A stretch of DNA of 42,541 bases from a virus (taxonomy: Duplodnaviria; Heunggongvirae; Uroviricota; Caudoviricetes), in IMG/VR virus record IMGVR_UViG_2529293215_000009, one strand, 5' to 3'. The notes below the pieces were generated by a model. It was not told the origin of the DNA, searched no databases, and was given only the letters and a program-made list of their open reading frames with translations. Positions within the stretch are counted from its first letter, which is position 1. Every line of letters starts with the position of its first letter. This document shows, piece by piece, positions 1-9,582 of the stretch. The translations under genes were made by a program, and so were the position numbers.

Positions 1-76
1 GAATGAATCCTGGCGGTACGACGGGAGTGATAAATACCCGTGGCCACAGCCGGTGCTGTACCACATTTGCCTCGAG

Positions 77-292
77 ATGCGTGACAGAGGGATTGAGCGG
101 CAGATGACGGAAGGTGAGTTAAAACGACTTGCAGAACGGCAACTGACGAAATGGGCAAAGCAAGTTGGTAACGGGATGAGTATTCCCCCGATCCGGAGAC
201 AACTCGCATCGCCGAAGTGCCCGCAAGGGCCAACGCCAATTGAATTACTGAAACAGGAATACGAGCGCCGGAAGGCGGCTGGTTTTGTTTGA
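77..292 (+). CDS. hypothetical protein (flanking prophage-like DNA)
   Basis: ORF 53..292 in track begins at GTG; first in-frame ATG at 77; no recognisable motif. Confidence 0.3.
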   Translation: MRDRGIERQMTEGELKRLAERQLTKWAKQVGNGMSIPPIRRQLASPKCPQGPTPIELLKQEYERRKAAGFV

Positions 293-325
293 ATCTGAGA
301 AACGATTTTGTCGGAGGAAATTTTA

Positions 326-1042
326 ATGGAAACCGTATCTGACGCACTGAAAGCACTGAAAAGAGCCTCTTCACATGTGGTGGCAGCTCGCCTTGGAATT
401 AGTCGTGAAGAGGCTGTCAACGAACTGTGGAAACTGAAACGCCGTGGAGAAGCGGATAACAAGGGGGCGATATGGTGGCTGACTCAGGCTGGTGAAAGTG
501 AACCGGTGTCACCGGTACCGAAAGTGACGGCGCAAATGCTGACAGAGGCGATTGAACAACATGGCCCACAAACGGCGGATGAACTGGCATTGATGTTCGG
601 AATTACCTCCCGCCGGGCGAATTCATCGCTGGCAATGGCAATCAGCAAAGGGTGTCTGATTCGCGTGAATCAGGATGGTAAATTTCGTTACTGCATACCG
701 GGCGTTGATTTACCGGCAGAGCCGAAAGCAGCATCCGTAGCTGAAACGGAGGGTAAAGCCCTTCCTCAGCCAGCTGGTGTTGCGTTACCAGTCCAGGAAA
801 CGGCTGCACAGGAAGAAATTAAAACAGAAGCGGTGGAGGACATTGTGAAGTTGCAGCAATCGTTCACTGAAGCGAAAGCAGATGACCTGATTCTACCATC
901 GCTGCATGTGGCTAACCGCGAGCTGCGCCGGGCGAAAAGTAATGTTCAGAAGTGGGAGCGAGTCTGTGCTGCGCTACGGGAACTGAACAAACACAGGGAT
1001 ATTCTCCGGGATATTACCGCCACCAGAGAGCAGCAGCGGTGA
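326..1042 (+). CDS. hypothetical protein, possible winged-helix DNA-binding repeats
   Basis: ORF 308..1042; GGAGG at 313-317 then ATG 326; two segments resembling wHTH ([38 protein letters not shown]). Confidence 0.45.
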   Translation: METVSDALKALKRASSHVVAARLGISREEAVNELWKLKRRGEADNKGAIWWLTQAGESEPVSPVPKVTAQMLTEAIEQHGPQTADELALMFGITSRRANSSLAMAISKGCLIRVNQDGKFRYCIPGVDLPAEPKAASVAETEGKALPQPAGVALPVQETAAQEEIKTEAVEDIVKLQQSFTEAKADDLILPSLHVANRELRRAKSNVQKWERVCAALRELNKHRDILRDITATREQQR

Positions 1043-1356
1043 GTGGCTGGAAGAAGTGGCGCTGGGCTGAAATCCTGATACTCCGGCAGTGTGCGGGAAC
1101 GATGAGAGTCGAAAGCATCGGTTATCTGATTGGCCGTAGTGAGTCAGCCGTCAGGACGAAAGCGCGGGAACTGGGTATCAGCATGATGTTACGGGGTGAT
1201 TATCACCAGTCAGCCAAATGTTCACAGCGTGATATTGAGCTGGCGTGGCAACTGCATCAGCGTGGTGTACCCCGACGGGAAATTGCCGAAAAGTTTGGGA
1301 TGAAGTTGGGCGCAGTGAATAACTACGTTTATTTCGACAGGAGGGTTCAGGAGTGA
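1039..1356 (+). CDS. hypothetical HTH-like protein
   Basis: GTG at 1039 overlaps stop of upstream ORF (GTGA); motif [18 protein letters not shown] suggests HTH; start uncertain. Confidence 0.35.
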   Translation: MSGWKKWRWAEILILRQCAGTMRVESIGYLIGRSESAVRTKARELGISMMLRGDYHQSAKCSQRDIELAWQLHQRGVPRREIAEKFGMKLGAVNNYVYFDRRVQE

Positions 1357-1655
1357 GGGTGAGGGTTTATATCGCCGGTCCGATGACGGGATATGAAAAT
1401 TTTAACCGCGAGGCATTTCACAAAACGGAAGAGGTGCTGAAACGGGAAGGGCATACCGTTTTAAACCCGGCAGTACTTCCGGACGGGCTGACTCAGCCAC
1501 ACTACATGGATATTTGCATGGCAATGCTCCGTTGCGTGGATGCGGTTTACATGCTGAAAGGCTGGCAGCAGTCGGCAGGTGCAGGGGCTGAGCTGGCACT
1601 GGAGGAGAAACCGGGCCATGCGGTGATTTTTCAGGAGGTGGGCAGTGAATATTGA
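1353..1655 (+). CDS. DUF4406-like prophage protein (nucleoside 2-deoxyribosyltransferase-like fold)
   Basis: N-terminus VYIAGPMTGYENFNREAF...GHTVLNPA typical of DUF4406 family found in lambdoid prophages; GTG start overlapping previous stop. Confidence 0.5.
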   Translation: MRVRVYIAGPMTGYENFNREAFHKTEEVLKREGHTVLNPAVLPDGLTQPHYMDICMAMLRCVDAVYMLKGWQQSAGAGAELALEEKPGHAVIFQEVGSEY

Positions 1656-1684
1656 CCCGGCGATAACGATTGATATGGCCCTGA

Positions 1685-1689
1685 ACGCC
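1685..1689. repeat. candidate 5-bp target-site duplication (ACGCC), left copy
   Basis: ACGCC directly precedes putative left terminus TGTAACC; identical pentamer at 40909..40913 directly after right terminus. Confidence 0.45.
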
Positions 1690-1862
1690 TGTAACCAGGT
1701 GAATCATTTGATACCAACGAGGGTTTTAGTGAAAGGAGGTGAAATCACCTGTAAGATACTGAAATAAAACAGGTGATGTCTGGATGAGCGCTTAAAGTCT
1801 ATTTGATACCGATTGTGCAATAATTAATCGTTTATTCTAAAATCGGCAAAACTTTTGATACT
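1690..1862 (+). repeat. left end (attL-like) with three TTTGATAC(C/T) putative transposase-binding repeats
   Basis: TTTGATACC at 1707..1715 and 1802..1810, TTTGATACT at 1854..1862; same motif in inverted orientation three times at right end; starts 5'-TGTA like Mu. Confidence 0.55.
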
Positions 1863-1939
1863 GCGATCTCAACTTTTTAAAGCGTTTAAAACTTCATTAA
1901 ATCTATATGGCAACTAACATACGGGCCAGCCTCGCCAAA

Positions 1940-2470
1940 CTAACCCGCTTTAGATTCTACCGGATTTGATTGCCTACTTGTCTCGGTTTTTTCCAAAATC
2001 TCTCTGACGCAATCGTCTGGCATATCTACAATCATCAACGCAGCCAGGCGCTTCCTGCCTTCTAGTTGTAATAAATCCTGGTTTTCTTTATCCAGCAGTG
2101 TCAGAACCGTCTCTACACCTTTGCGAGCAAGGAGATTGGTTAACTGTTCTCGTTCGTCTTTCGTAAGGAATGAAAGCATCTGTGTAAGTTGATCTCCCTT
2201 ATCACCAGAACAACCAAAATTACCACAAATACCAACATCGTTTGGTGATTCACCCTTGCCCTCTTTAAGCCACTCAAGACTAACTCCTTCACTTTCAGAA
2301 ATTCGTATAAGGATACTTTCTCTGGGGGCTGGTTGTGTTTGTCCTCCCTTGAAATAGCTGTTTAATGTGTTGATATTGATTCCCCACGCTCTGGCAGCTG
2401 CACTTCTTGAAGGGTAGCGCTTTGTAAGCATTCCAATACGTTCAATAACAGGTTCTTTTCCCTGCGACAT
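1940..2470 (-). CDS. c: prophage repressor (c-like), HTH DNA-binding
   Basis: Minus-strand ORF next to left end and divergent from ner as in Mu; HTH-like SRSAAARAWGININTLNSYFKGG; start taken at ATG 2470 (MSQGKEP) with upstream AGAGG. Confidence 0.65.
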   Translation of the reverse strand: MSQGKEPVIERIGMLTKRYPSRSAAARAWGININTLNSYFKGGQTQPAPRESILIRISESEGVSLEWLKEGKGESPNDVGICGNFGCSGDKGDQLTQMLSFLTKDEREQLTNLLARKGVETVLTLLDKENQDLLQLEGRKRLAALMIVDMPDDCVREILEKTETSRQSNPVESKAG

Positions 2471-2552
2471 AAAGATACCTCTTGGTGCTTTTCTAAGGAA
2501 AGGTTTCTTTCTATTTATCCAATTGAAAAATAAGGATAAAAGCAAAAATTAG

Positions 2553-2587
2553 CCAAAATACCAAAAATACCTTGATTTGGTATTTTT
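2553..2587. promoter_or_regulatory. operator-like repeats between c and ner
   Basis: CCAAAATACC AAAAATACC ttgattt GGTATTTTT: perfect 9-bp inverted repeat with 7-bp spacer plus a direct copy, in the divergent c/ner control region. Confidence 0.5.
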
Positions 2588-2600
2588 AGTGATGCATTAT

Positions 2601-2640
2601 TTACCCGTGCAGATATCCGCACGAATATCCGCGCGGGTAA
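2601..2640. promoter_or_regulatory. second operator-like element (inverted TTACCCG arms enclosing tandem ATATCCGC)
   Basis: TTACCCG at 2601..2607 and CGGGTAA at 2634..2640; ATATCCGC at 2613..2620 and 2625..2632, about 20 bp upstream of ner ATG. Confidence 0.4.
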
Positions 2641-2660
2641 CTTTTTAGAATAGAGGAAGT

Positions 2661-2909
2661 ATGAGTAGAAGAGAAGTTTCAGATCACGATTGGCCGCCTG
2701 AAATCATCAAGGCGCGCTTACACATGGCTGGCTTATCACTGCGCTCTTTATCTTTAAAGGCTGGTTACAGCAGGGATTCGCTGAAAAGCGTATTACGTAC
2801 TCCTTGCCGACCGTATCAGCAAATAATTGCTGATGCTCTTGGGGTATCGCCTGAAGAAATCTGGCCCAGTAGATACCAGGTTAAGAGCTATATGAGAAAG
2901 GCGTCATGA
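2661..2909 (+). CDS. ner: Ner-like DNA-binding regulator (Nlp/Ner family)
   Basis: 82 aa; C-terminal QQIIADALGVSPEEIWPSRYQ closely matches Mu Ner EQIIANALETKPEVIWPSRYQ; position immediately upstream of transposase. Confidence 0.85.
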   Translation: MSRREVSDHDWPPEIIKARLHMAGLSLRSLSLKAGYSRDSLKSVLRTPCRPYQQIIADALGVSPEEIWPSRYQVKSYMRKAS

Positions 2910-2910
2910 T

Positions 2911-5001
2911 ATGTATGTCATTGCAAAAGAACTGATTGGCGCGCCCGGAATGCCTGCTACAACAAAAGGTATTCGCCAGGCATTACAACGTTACGTACAA
3001 GGGAAAAGCTGTTGTTCCCGTCGTCGCTCAGGCTCTAAAGCAACTGAATACAGCATCGACTGTTTACCTGAAGTGACGCAGCAGGCATTACGTGAACGTT
3101 ATGCCCTGCAACTGATGACGCAAAAAGCCGATGAATCACCGGCTCCGGTAGTGACAAAGGCCAGGCGCTCACCTGCCGTGGTTGATGCGGTGGAGGCATA
3201 TCGCGGATCACCACAACTGATGGTCGAACGCCTTAATGCCCTGACTGAAAACCAGCGCCAGGTGGCTGATGCACGAATCGCGATCGTCAGCGAAGTTCTG
3301 AAAGTCGCGCAACAACCTGGTTTCAGCTGTGCGAAGGCTATCCGGTTTATCGTTGACAACCTGGCACGTTCGCAGCTGGACGAGCGCATTGTGGCAATGG
3401 TTGAGACGGCGAACGCCAAAAAGGGAAACAGCCGCGCGTTAAGTGAAATCACGCTGAAACGCTGGATTGCGGCCTTTAACAAGGCGCAGAACGCCGCTGA
3501 ACGCCTGCTTTTACTGGCACCGGGTAAGCGCCAGGAAATAAAAGCCGAAGATATTAACTGGCTGCCCGAATTTCTGGCGCAGTATCGCCAGTCAAACGGC
3601 CGACCAATGACCGAGGCTTACGAGGATTTTGTCGCTGAATGGCAGCACCGGCACGCTGATGAGCCTTATATGCTCGATATCATGCCGTCTTATGACACCA
3701 TTCGCCGCGCAATGAAGAAACTGCCGGAAGTGGTGAAACAAAAAGGCCGGGTGACCGGCAGTGAATACCGCCAGCTTGAGGGATTCACGCGCCGCGACTG
3801 GTCAAAAATGCCGGTGAATTATGTCTGGATTGGTGACGGTCACGGCATGAAGCTGAAATGCGCACACCCGGTTCACGGTCGGCCATTTGCACCGGAAGTG
3901 ACCTTTGTTATCGACGGTGGCACGCGCTTTGTGGTGGGCTGGAGCCTTGACCTGGCTGAAAATGTTTTCGCCGTAGCCGGTGCCATACAGCACGGCATTC
4001 GCCATCACGGCAAACCGTTTCTGTATTACTCGGATAACGGCTCCGGGGAAACCGCCGACATCCTGGATAAGGAGGTTGTGGGGATACTGCCGCGACTGGG
4101 GATTAATCACCCGACCGGGATTGCCGGTAATCCGCAGGGACGAGGCATTATCGAACGGCTTAACCGCACATTACCGATGCGCATAGCCCGTAAATACCGC
4201 ACCTATTTCGGGAAAGGTGCAGATCGCGAGACGTTACGCAAAACCAACCGCGATTTACGCTCGGCATTTACTGCCCTGCAACAGGGCAAACGGCTGAACG
4301 CCCGGCAGCAGTCAGCGATGCGTGATTTACCGTCCTGGTCTGAACTGATTGATGCCATTCGTGATGGTGTTGAGTGGTACAACAACCGGCCGCACGATGA
4401 ATTACCGGTGAAGCCGAACGGCAAGCATTACAGCCCGGCGGAGTTCAGAAAAAAACGCCTGGCGGAAGAGGACACGGAAATTGAATGGCTGTCCGATGTG
4501 GAATTGCGGGACATGTTCCGGCCGATGGTGGAACGCCCTGTAAGACGCTGTGAAATACGCTGGCTGAATAATATTTACTACGCGCCCGAGCTGCGTGATG
4601 AGCATGGCCGCAAGGTGCTTATCAGCTATGACATTCATGATGCCGAACGAATTACCGTACGTCGCCTGGATGGCAGCGTGATTTGCGAGGCGGTATGGGA
4701 CGGTAATAAACGCGAAGCCTTCCCGGTTAGCGCGGAATACTACAAACAGCAGCAACGCCTTAAAGGCATGCGTAAACGCGCAGAGGAAAAAATCCGTGAT
4801 GCCGAGGATGAGGTTGTCAACGTGCTGGAGCACAAGCCGCAGGAGCCCTGGCTGGAAAACATCTATCGCCCGGTAGGTAATACGGTGGCCGTTCAGCAAC
4901 CTGCCGTTGATGATGAGCCTGATGAAGAATACGAGCGCAATTTCCAGCGGGGATTGCAGTTGCTCGAAGCGAAATTAAAAGAAAATGACCCGCTGGCCTG
5001 A
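2911..5001 (+). CDS. A: Mu-type DDE transposase A
   Basis: 696 aa after ner; DDE-like blocks NYVWIGDGHGMK, LYYSDNGSGE, GNPQGRGIIERLNRTL; size and position as MuA. Confidence 0.9.
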   Translation: MYVIAKELIGAPGMPATTKGIRQALQRYVQGKSCCSRRRSGSKATEYSIDCLPEVTQQALRERYALQLMTQKADESPAPVVTKARRSPAVVDAVEAYRGSPQLMVERLNALTENQRQVADARIAIVSEVLKVAQQPGFSCAKAIRFIVDNLARSQLDERIVAMVETANAKKGNSRALSEITLKRWIAAFNKAQNAAERLLLLAPGKRQEIKAEDINWLPEFLAQYRQSNGRPMTEAYEDFVAEWQHRHADEPYMLDIMPSYDTIRRAMKKLPEVVKQKGRVTGSEYRQLEGFTRRDWSKMPVNYVWIGDGHGMKLKCAHPVHGRPFAPEVTFVIDGGTRFVVGWSLDLAENVFAVAGAIQHGIRHHGKPFLYYSDNGSGETADILDKEVVGILPRLGINHPTGIAGNPQGRGIIERLNRTLPMRIARKYRTYFGKGADRETLRKTNRDLRSAFTALQQGKRLNARQQSAMRDLPSWSELIDAIRDGVEWYNNRPHDELPVKPNGKHYSPAEFRKKRLAEEDTEIEWLSDVELRDMFRPMVERPVRRCEIRWLNNIYYAPELRDEHGRKVLISYDIHDAERITVRRLDGSVICEAVWDGNKREAFPVSAEYYKQQQRLKGMRKRAEEKIRDAEDEVVNVLEHKPQEPWLENIYRPVGNTVAVQQPAVDDEPDEEYERNFQRGLQLLEAKLKENDPLA

Positions 5002-5071
5002 AATAAAAAATAACCCGAGCGGCGACTCAGGTTATTTGATTAAACAAGGTATCAAATGAGAGGTTAATAAT

Positions 5072-6004
5072 ATGACTGATATTAACGATGTAATCAAGAC
5101 CATTGATGAACTTATTGATGGCGGCGTACTGACGCAGTATGCCATCGCCAGAGAGGCGGGAATTTCCGACGGCACATTATCGGCTTTCCGCAAGGGGAAA
5201 TATAAAGGCGATAACGCCGCTGTGGCTGCTTCCCTGCGTTCCTGGTATGAGAACTGGAATAAACAAAGCGCACTGCCGGAACCGCCGCAGTTTGTGGAAA
5301 CGCAGACAGTTCAGGAGCTGCGCGCACTGTTTCAGGCGGTTCGCCTGATGGGCTGTATTAACGTCATTGTGGGCGTGCCGGGGGTAGGTAAAACGGCCAC
5401 CGCCCGTAATTACTGCCAGGAGCAACCAAACACCTGGATGATCACCCTGTCACCCGCGCACTCCAGCGTCACGGAGTGTCTGCTGGAGCTGGCCGATGCG
5501 CTGGGGATTGATTACACCCGCGCGAACAAAGGGGCATTATCCCGCGCCATCCGCCGTCGCCTGATGGGAACGCGTGGACTGGTGATTGTGGATGAGGCGG
5601 ATCATCTTGGTATTGACGGTCTGGAGCAACTCCGGGCAATTCAGGACGCCACGGGGATCGGGATGGTGCTTATTGGTAACCCGCGCGGATTGTTTAAAGG
5701 TGGACGCCGCGCCTTTGATGATTTATCGCGCCTGTTCAGCCGTCTTGCCCGTACAAAACAACTTCGCAAGGCCAAAAAGGCGGATGTGCTGGCCATTGCC
5801 AGGGCATGGGGTATCAGTGGTGAGGCCGAGCTGGCCGTCATGCAGGCTATCGCTGAAAAGCCGGGAGCGTTACGCGTTCTGACACATACGCTTAACCAGG
5901 CGTGGCTCACCGCCAGCGGTGAAGGTGCGGCGCTGACAGAAAAACATATTAATGCGGCCTTTAAAGAGGTTTATACCAACCCTGAATTACTCTCACAGGT
6001 GTGA
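5072..6004 (+). CDS. B: Mu B-like transposition ATPase (AAA+)
   Basis: 310 aa; Walker A GVPGVGKT, Walker B LVIVDEADHLG; immediately after A. Confidence 0.9.
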   Translation: MTDINDVIKTIDELIDGGVLTQYAIAREAGISDGTLSAFRKGKYKGDNAAVAASLRSWYENWNKQSALPEPPQFVETQTVQELRALFQAVRLMGCINVIVGVPGVGKTATARNYCQEQPNTWMITLSPAHSSVTECLLELADALGIDYTRANKGALSRAIRRRLMGTRGLVIVDEADHLGIDGLEQLRAIQDATGIGMVLIGNPRGLFKGGRRAFDDLSRLFSRLARTKQLRKAKKADVLAIARAWGISGEAELAVMQAIAEKPGALRVLTHTLNQAWLTASGEGAALTEKHINAAFKEVYTNPELLSQV

Positions 6005-6006
6005 TT

Positions 6007-6228
6007 ATGGCGGTATTTTATATTCCTGATATTTACGGACGCTTTTACCTGGTTAATTTCGATAACGTGAAGGTGATTTCACTGGCCGAAAATAAAGAAT
6101 GTGGCGATTTACTTTTTGAATTTAATGACCGCACACGAATGGTGATATCTGCCGGACTTGATCGCGAAGGTGCGACAGAAGTTTACAGCGGAATATGCCG
6201 TTCTGTTGGTGCGAAACAAGTCAGCTAA
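6007..6228 (+). CDS. hypothetical protein (accessory early region)
   Basis: ORF 6001..6228; ATG at 6007 just after B stop; no recognisable motif. Confidence 0.4.
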   Translation: MAVFYIPDIYGRFYLVNFDNVKVISLAENKECGDLLFEFNDRTRMVISAGLDREGATEVYSGICRSVGAKQVS

Positions 6229-6240
6229 ATGAGGTGTTAT

Positions 6241-6495
6241 ATGAATATGCAATCCTGCGGTAACAAAATGAATTTATTCGACTCCCTGAACAGCGCGCGC
6301 CGTCTGACCGAACTTGCCGGTGCGGTACTGGAACGCAGTAAGCGCTACCCACAACGTTTTGCACTGAAAACCACGCCGCCGGTAGGCAACGTGCAGGGAA
6401 CCGGTGAAATTGAAATCACCATACAGACCAACGGCCTGCGCCGCCGTGTGAAGGCCACCCGCATCAGCGGCTGCACGGTTTACTGGGAGGTGTGA
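6241..6495 (+). CDS. hypothetical protein (accessory early region)
   Basis: ORF 6229..6495; GAGGTG then ATG at 6241. Confidence 0.4.
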   Translation: MNMQSCGNKMNLFDSLNSARRLTELAGAVLERSKRYPQRFALKTTPPVGNVQGTGEIEITIQTNGLRRRVKATRISGCTVYWEV

Positions 6496-6496
6496 G

Positions 6497-6778
6497 GTGA
6501 AAAAAAATCTCATTGCATGGGCGTGGTCGAGTGGTCTTATTGAGTTTGGTTACGTCCTGCCGGAAGGTGCATTGCCGATAGTTGCCGGAAAGCCTGCCAC
6601 GGTACGGCATGTGATTGAGGTTATGGCGCGTCATGGACGTGATGAACAGGAGCAGTTACTGGTTCCGGGGATACCGGAAGCGGTGACGGAGGAAGAAGCC
6701 TTTAATGCCATGATTCGGTTCTGCCGTGAGGTCAGACGCCGGGTCAGTTATCCAAACAGAACGAGGACCAGAGGATGA
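6497..6778 (+). CDS. hypothetical protein (accessory early region)
   Basis: GTG start preceded by GGAGGTGTGAGG; 93 aa; tightly packed in operon. Confidence 0.4.
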   Translation: MKKNLIAWAWSSGLIEFGYVLPEGALPIVAGKPATVRHVIEVMARHGRDEQEQLLVPGIPEAVTEEEAFNAMIRFCREVRRRVSYPNRTRTRG

Positions 6779-7047
6779 GTAAAGTCGTACGCATTATTTT
6801 CGAATACAAGGAGCACGTTATCCATAAAAACGCTGATGGAACAGTGCGCATGGGGGTAAGTCTGGACATACGTTCAACCGGGATAAAGCAGAAAGGTGAT
6901 GGACCCGCCATGATTTTTGGGGTGGTTATGCTCGCGGAAAGCAGAGACTTTGCTGAACTTGTGGCAATGAAAGCCAGTGCGCTCATGAAAGATATGAGCA
7001 TGCGTTCCGGGGTTATTAAAGGTAATGAATTTAATCAGCAGGGGTAA
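6775..7047 (+). CDS. hypothetical protein, paralog 1 of a tandem pair
   Basis: N-terminus MSKVVRIIFEYKEHVIHKNADGTV parallels the next ORF. Confidence 0.45.
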   Translation: MSKVVRIIFEYKEHVIHKNADGTVRMGVSLDIRSTGIKQKGDGPAMIFGVVMLAESRDFAELVAMKASALMKDMSMRSGVIKGNEFNQQG

Positions 7048-7051
7048 TTCC

Positions 7052-7345
7052 ATGAGCAAAGTACGCGTTATTTTTGAATTTAAGCATGTTTCGCATGACG
7101 AAAAACCGGCAGGCAATGACTGTGTTGAAGTGCATGAAAAGATTGGTGTGGATGTAAAAACAGAACGTGATACGAATAACAGGCCGACGTCACTCTGTGA
7201 CGTTTATGCAAGTATTCTCCAGTATCACAGCCCTGAAATTATTCAGTTTCTCTCAGCGGAATTTCAGGCATCTGTACAGGCTTTTGGGGCGGATGCCATC
7301 ATTAAACGCCACCGCGTGCATAAAGCATCAGGCACACTGCAATAA
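7052..7345 (+). CDS. hypothetical protein, paralog 2 of a tandem pair
   Basis: ORF 7025..7345, ATG at 7052; N-terminus MSKVRVIFEFKHVSHDEKPAGNDCV parallels the previous ORF. Confidence 0.45.
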   Translation: MSKVRVIFEFKHVSHDEKPAGNDCVEVHEKIGVDVKTERDTNNRPTSLCDVYASILQYHSPEIIQFLSAEFQASVQAFGADAIIKRHRVHKASGTLQ

Positions 7346-7356
7346 GGAAAAACAAA

Positions 7357-7887
7357 ATGGCAAAACGCGTTACAAAATTAAAGGCCGCAGCAGAGGCGGC
7401 ACCGCAGACCCGTGAAGAGGTCAGCCGCGATATCCGCACCCTGGGCGATATTCAGCGAGAGGCGCTGCGCCTGGAAACAGCGATGAATGATGAAGTGGCA
7501 GAAATCACCGCCCGTTATACGCCGCAGATTGAAAACCTTAAAAAAGAAATCAAAGTGCTTTTTAAGGGGATTCAGGACTGGTGCAAAACCAACCGTGATG
7601 AGCTGACGAACGGCGGCAAAACCAAAACTGCCAATCTGACCACCGGAACGGTGTCATGGCGACTGGGGAATCCATCATGCAGCGTCAGTCGTGATGTGGA
7701 AGGTGTGATTGAAATGCTGCGCCGTATGGGCCTTGAGCGTTTTATCCGCACGAAAGAGGAAGTGAACAAGGAAGCGGTCCTGGCGGAGCCGGATGCGGTG
7801 AAAGGGATTGCCGGTATTAAGGTGAATAAAGGCGCTGAAAGTTTTTATGTCGAGCCTTTTGAACAGGACGCCGGACTGAATAAATAA
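7357..7887 (+). CDS. gam: host-nuclease inhibitor Gam (Ku-like DNA end-binding)
   Basis: 176 aa; RLETAMNDEVAEIT, NRDELTNGGKTKTANLTTGTVSWR, LERFIRTKEEVNKEA closely match Mu Gam. Confidence 0.9.
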   Translation: MAKRVTKLKAAAEAAPQTREEVSRDIRTLGDIQREALRLETAMNDEVAEITARYTPQIENLKKEIKVLFKGIQDWCKTNRDELTNGGKTKTANLTTGTVSWRLGNPSCSVSRDVEGVIEMLRRMGLERFIRTKEEVNKEAVLAEPDAVKGIAGIKVNKGAESFYVEPFEQDAGLNK

Positions 7888-7984
7888 CACCGCATTAATC
7901 AATTAAATATCACTTCGTTTTAATTATGGCGCTCGCGTCAGGGGACTGCCTGCGCCTGTAAACTGAAAATAAGGAACAGGATAT

Positions 7985-8527
7985 ATGGCATATTTTTATT
8001 TCAAATTAGACCGTGTGCAGACAAATAAATATTTCACCAAATATCAACAGACTGTTTTACCGCTACGCAACAGTATTCTTCGGGCATTACTGAAAAATAC
8101 AGGCGCTGCCGGATTGCGCTTAAAGCCGTTTGCCATGGACGTAATCAGTGAGTTTTATTTTTCTGGTGCTCTGCCTGCGGGCTGGCGTAAGCGCGATGAT
8201 GTGGCTTTTATCGGGGACGGACCGTGCTTTATTGCCAGACCTGATGAGTCATGCCCTGAAGGTCCGGCGATTGCCGCAATGATTGAAACCGCTGAACGTG
8301 AGTTAAGAAAGCGTCCTGATTTCCTTGTCTGGCTCTGTGAAAAGCTGGGGGTAATGAGAATCCCCTCCATGTTTAACACGGACTCCTGGTGGACCCCGTC
8401 GCTCTCCCGTGATGCCCTGTGCGTGGTGTTTAAAGTAGGCGCTTATGGCAGGGAAATAAAAGGGTGTATTCCTGAAGAATGCCAGGAAATTAAACATTCT
8501 GAATATGTGGCGCTGACGGAGGAATAA
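7985..8527 (+). CDS. hypothetical protein (accessory early region)
   Basis: 180 aa ORF with ATG start; no recognisable motif. Confidence 0.4.
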   Translation: MAYFYFKLDRVQTNKYFTKYQQTVLPLRNSILRALLKNTGAAGLRLKPFAMDVISEFYFSGALPAGWRKRDDVAFIGDGPCFIARPDESCPEGPAIAAMIETAERELRKRPDFLVWLCEKLGVMRIPSMFNTDSWWTPSLSRDALCVVFKVGAYGREIKGCIPEECQEIKHSEYVALTEE

Positions 8528-8530
8528 TTC

Positions 8531-9064
8531 ATGATTGATGCAAAAGTGCTTGAAGGGGTTAAAAACTGGCTGAGTATTTACGGGCGTCTGACCTGCGGCA
8601 TTCTGGCTGAAAAAATGAATATGCCGCCATCCTCGATGGTTTATTTTCTGCGTGATGCGGTCGATGCCGGGGTGCTGACGGAATGTAACGGTTTTTATGA
8701 TATTCCGCGTCCCCGCCCGGTGCAGCCGGTTCGTCGCAAATGCAGCCAGGAAGGTGCGGCTGATGATGTTCAGTGGTGCAGCTTCAGAAAGTCCCTGCCG
8801 TGGATTGAGGGGCATGATATTCCGTCGATGGCGTGGGAATTTGCTCAGGGCGTACTGACCTGCGAAACCGTTTATGTGGTGGCTGAAGTTGATGAGCAGG
8901 CCATGAAAGAAGGCGTGCCCCAGTTTGTGATGGCGTATATCGACATTCGCCTGGGTGTCATTATCTGCGGTTTAAGCGGCTGGAATATCACCGAACATGT
9001 TCTGCGTTACCTGATTGTTGACCGGACGGCTGCGCCTGCCGGGATATCTGCGGAGGTGGCGTAA
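8531..9064 (+). CDS. hypothetical protein, possible N-terminal winged helix
   Basis: 177 aa; N-terminal VKNWLSIYGRLTCGILAEKMNMPPSSMVYFLRDAVDAGVL resembles wHTH. Confidence 0.4.
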   Translation: MIDAKVLEGVKNWLSIYGRLTCGILAEKMNMPPSSMVYFLRDAVDAGVLTECNGFYDIPRPRPVQPVRRKCSQEGAADDVQWCSFRKSLPWIEGHDIPSMAWEFAQGVLTCETVYVVAEVDEQAMKEGVPQFVMAYIDIRLGVIICGLSGWNITEHVLRYLIVDRTAAPAGISAEVA

Positions 9065-9579
9065 TGTTCTTTAAAACATCAAACCCTTCCGCGCTGGCTG
9101 CGTGGCAAAAATACCAGCAGGACTACAAGAAAGTTAAGGATGAGGCAAAACGTCTTGAGGCCGTGCTGAATGTTGATTGTCGGTCGGTATTTGTATCCGG
9201 TATCAATGGTTTTTATTTTAAAGGACTGCGTTTTACGGATAACAAATATCCTTTTCATCGCGACTTATGGCGAAAACCGACTGCGTCGAATGGCTGGAGC
9301 TGCACGCCGCGCACATCGTGTATTCCCAAAGCCCTGTGCGCTGCCTCTGACGAACTTAACAGTCTGTGGCGTGAATATTCGCCCGTCACGTATGCCAGAA
9401 CCGATGCCCTGTTGTTCTGGCTGGGTATTGATTTCTCGGCAATCCTGTTTGGCCCTGTGGAGTGGTTCTGCGTTGACGATGTGATTTACCTTCAGTGCGG
9501 CGTAAAACCCGCAAAACAGAAAATGACCGAAATTCTGTCTGATGAGTTTTATGCTGCTGAAAAGCGAGTCAGGGGGTGA
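9064..9579 (+). CDS. hypothetical protein (accessory early region)
   Basis: 171 aa; start overlaps upstream stop (TAATG). Confidence 0.4.
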   Translation: MFFKTSNPSALAAWQKYQQDYKKVKDEAKRLEAVLNVDCRSVFVSGINGFYFKGLRFTDNKYPFHRDLWRKPTASNGWSCTPRTSCIPKALCAASDELNSLWREYSPVTYARTDALLFWLGIDFSAILFGPVEWFCVDDVIYLQCGVKPAKQKMTEILSDEFYAAEKRVRG

Positions 9580-9582
9580 TGT

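Noticed and set aside
1784-1797. 13-bp direct repeat ATGAGCGCTTAAA at 1784 and again at 40778 (overlapping the mom stop)
   Set aside because: Considered as a possible duplication or att core, but a 13-mer match is expected by chance several times in a 42 kb window, and it lies inside the element rather than at the junctions.
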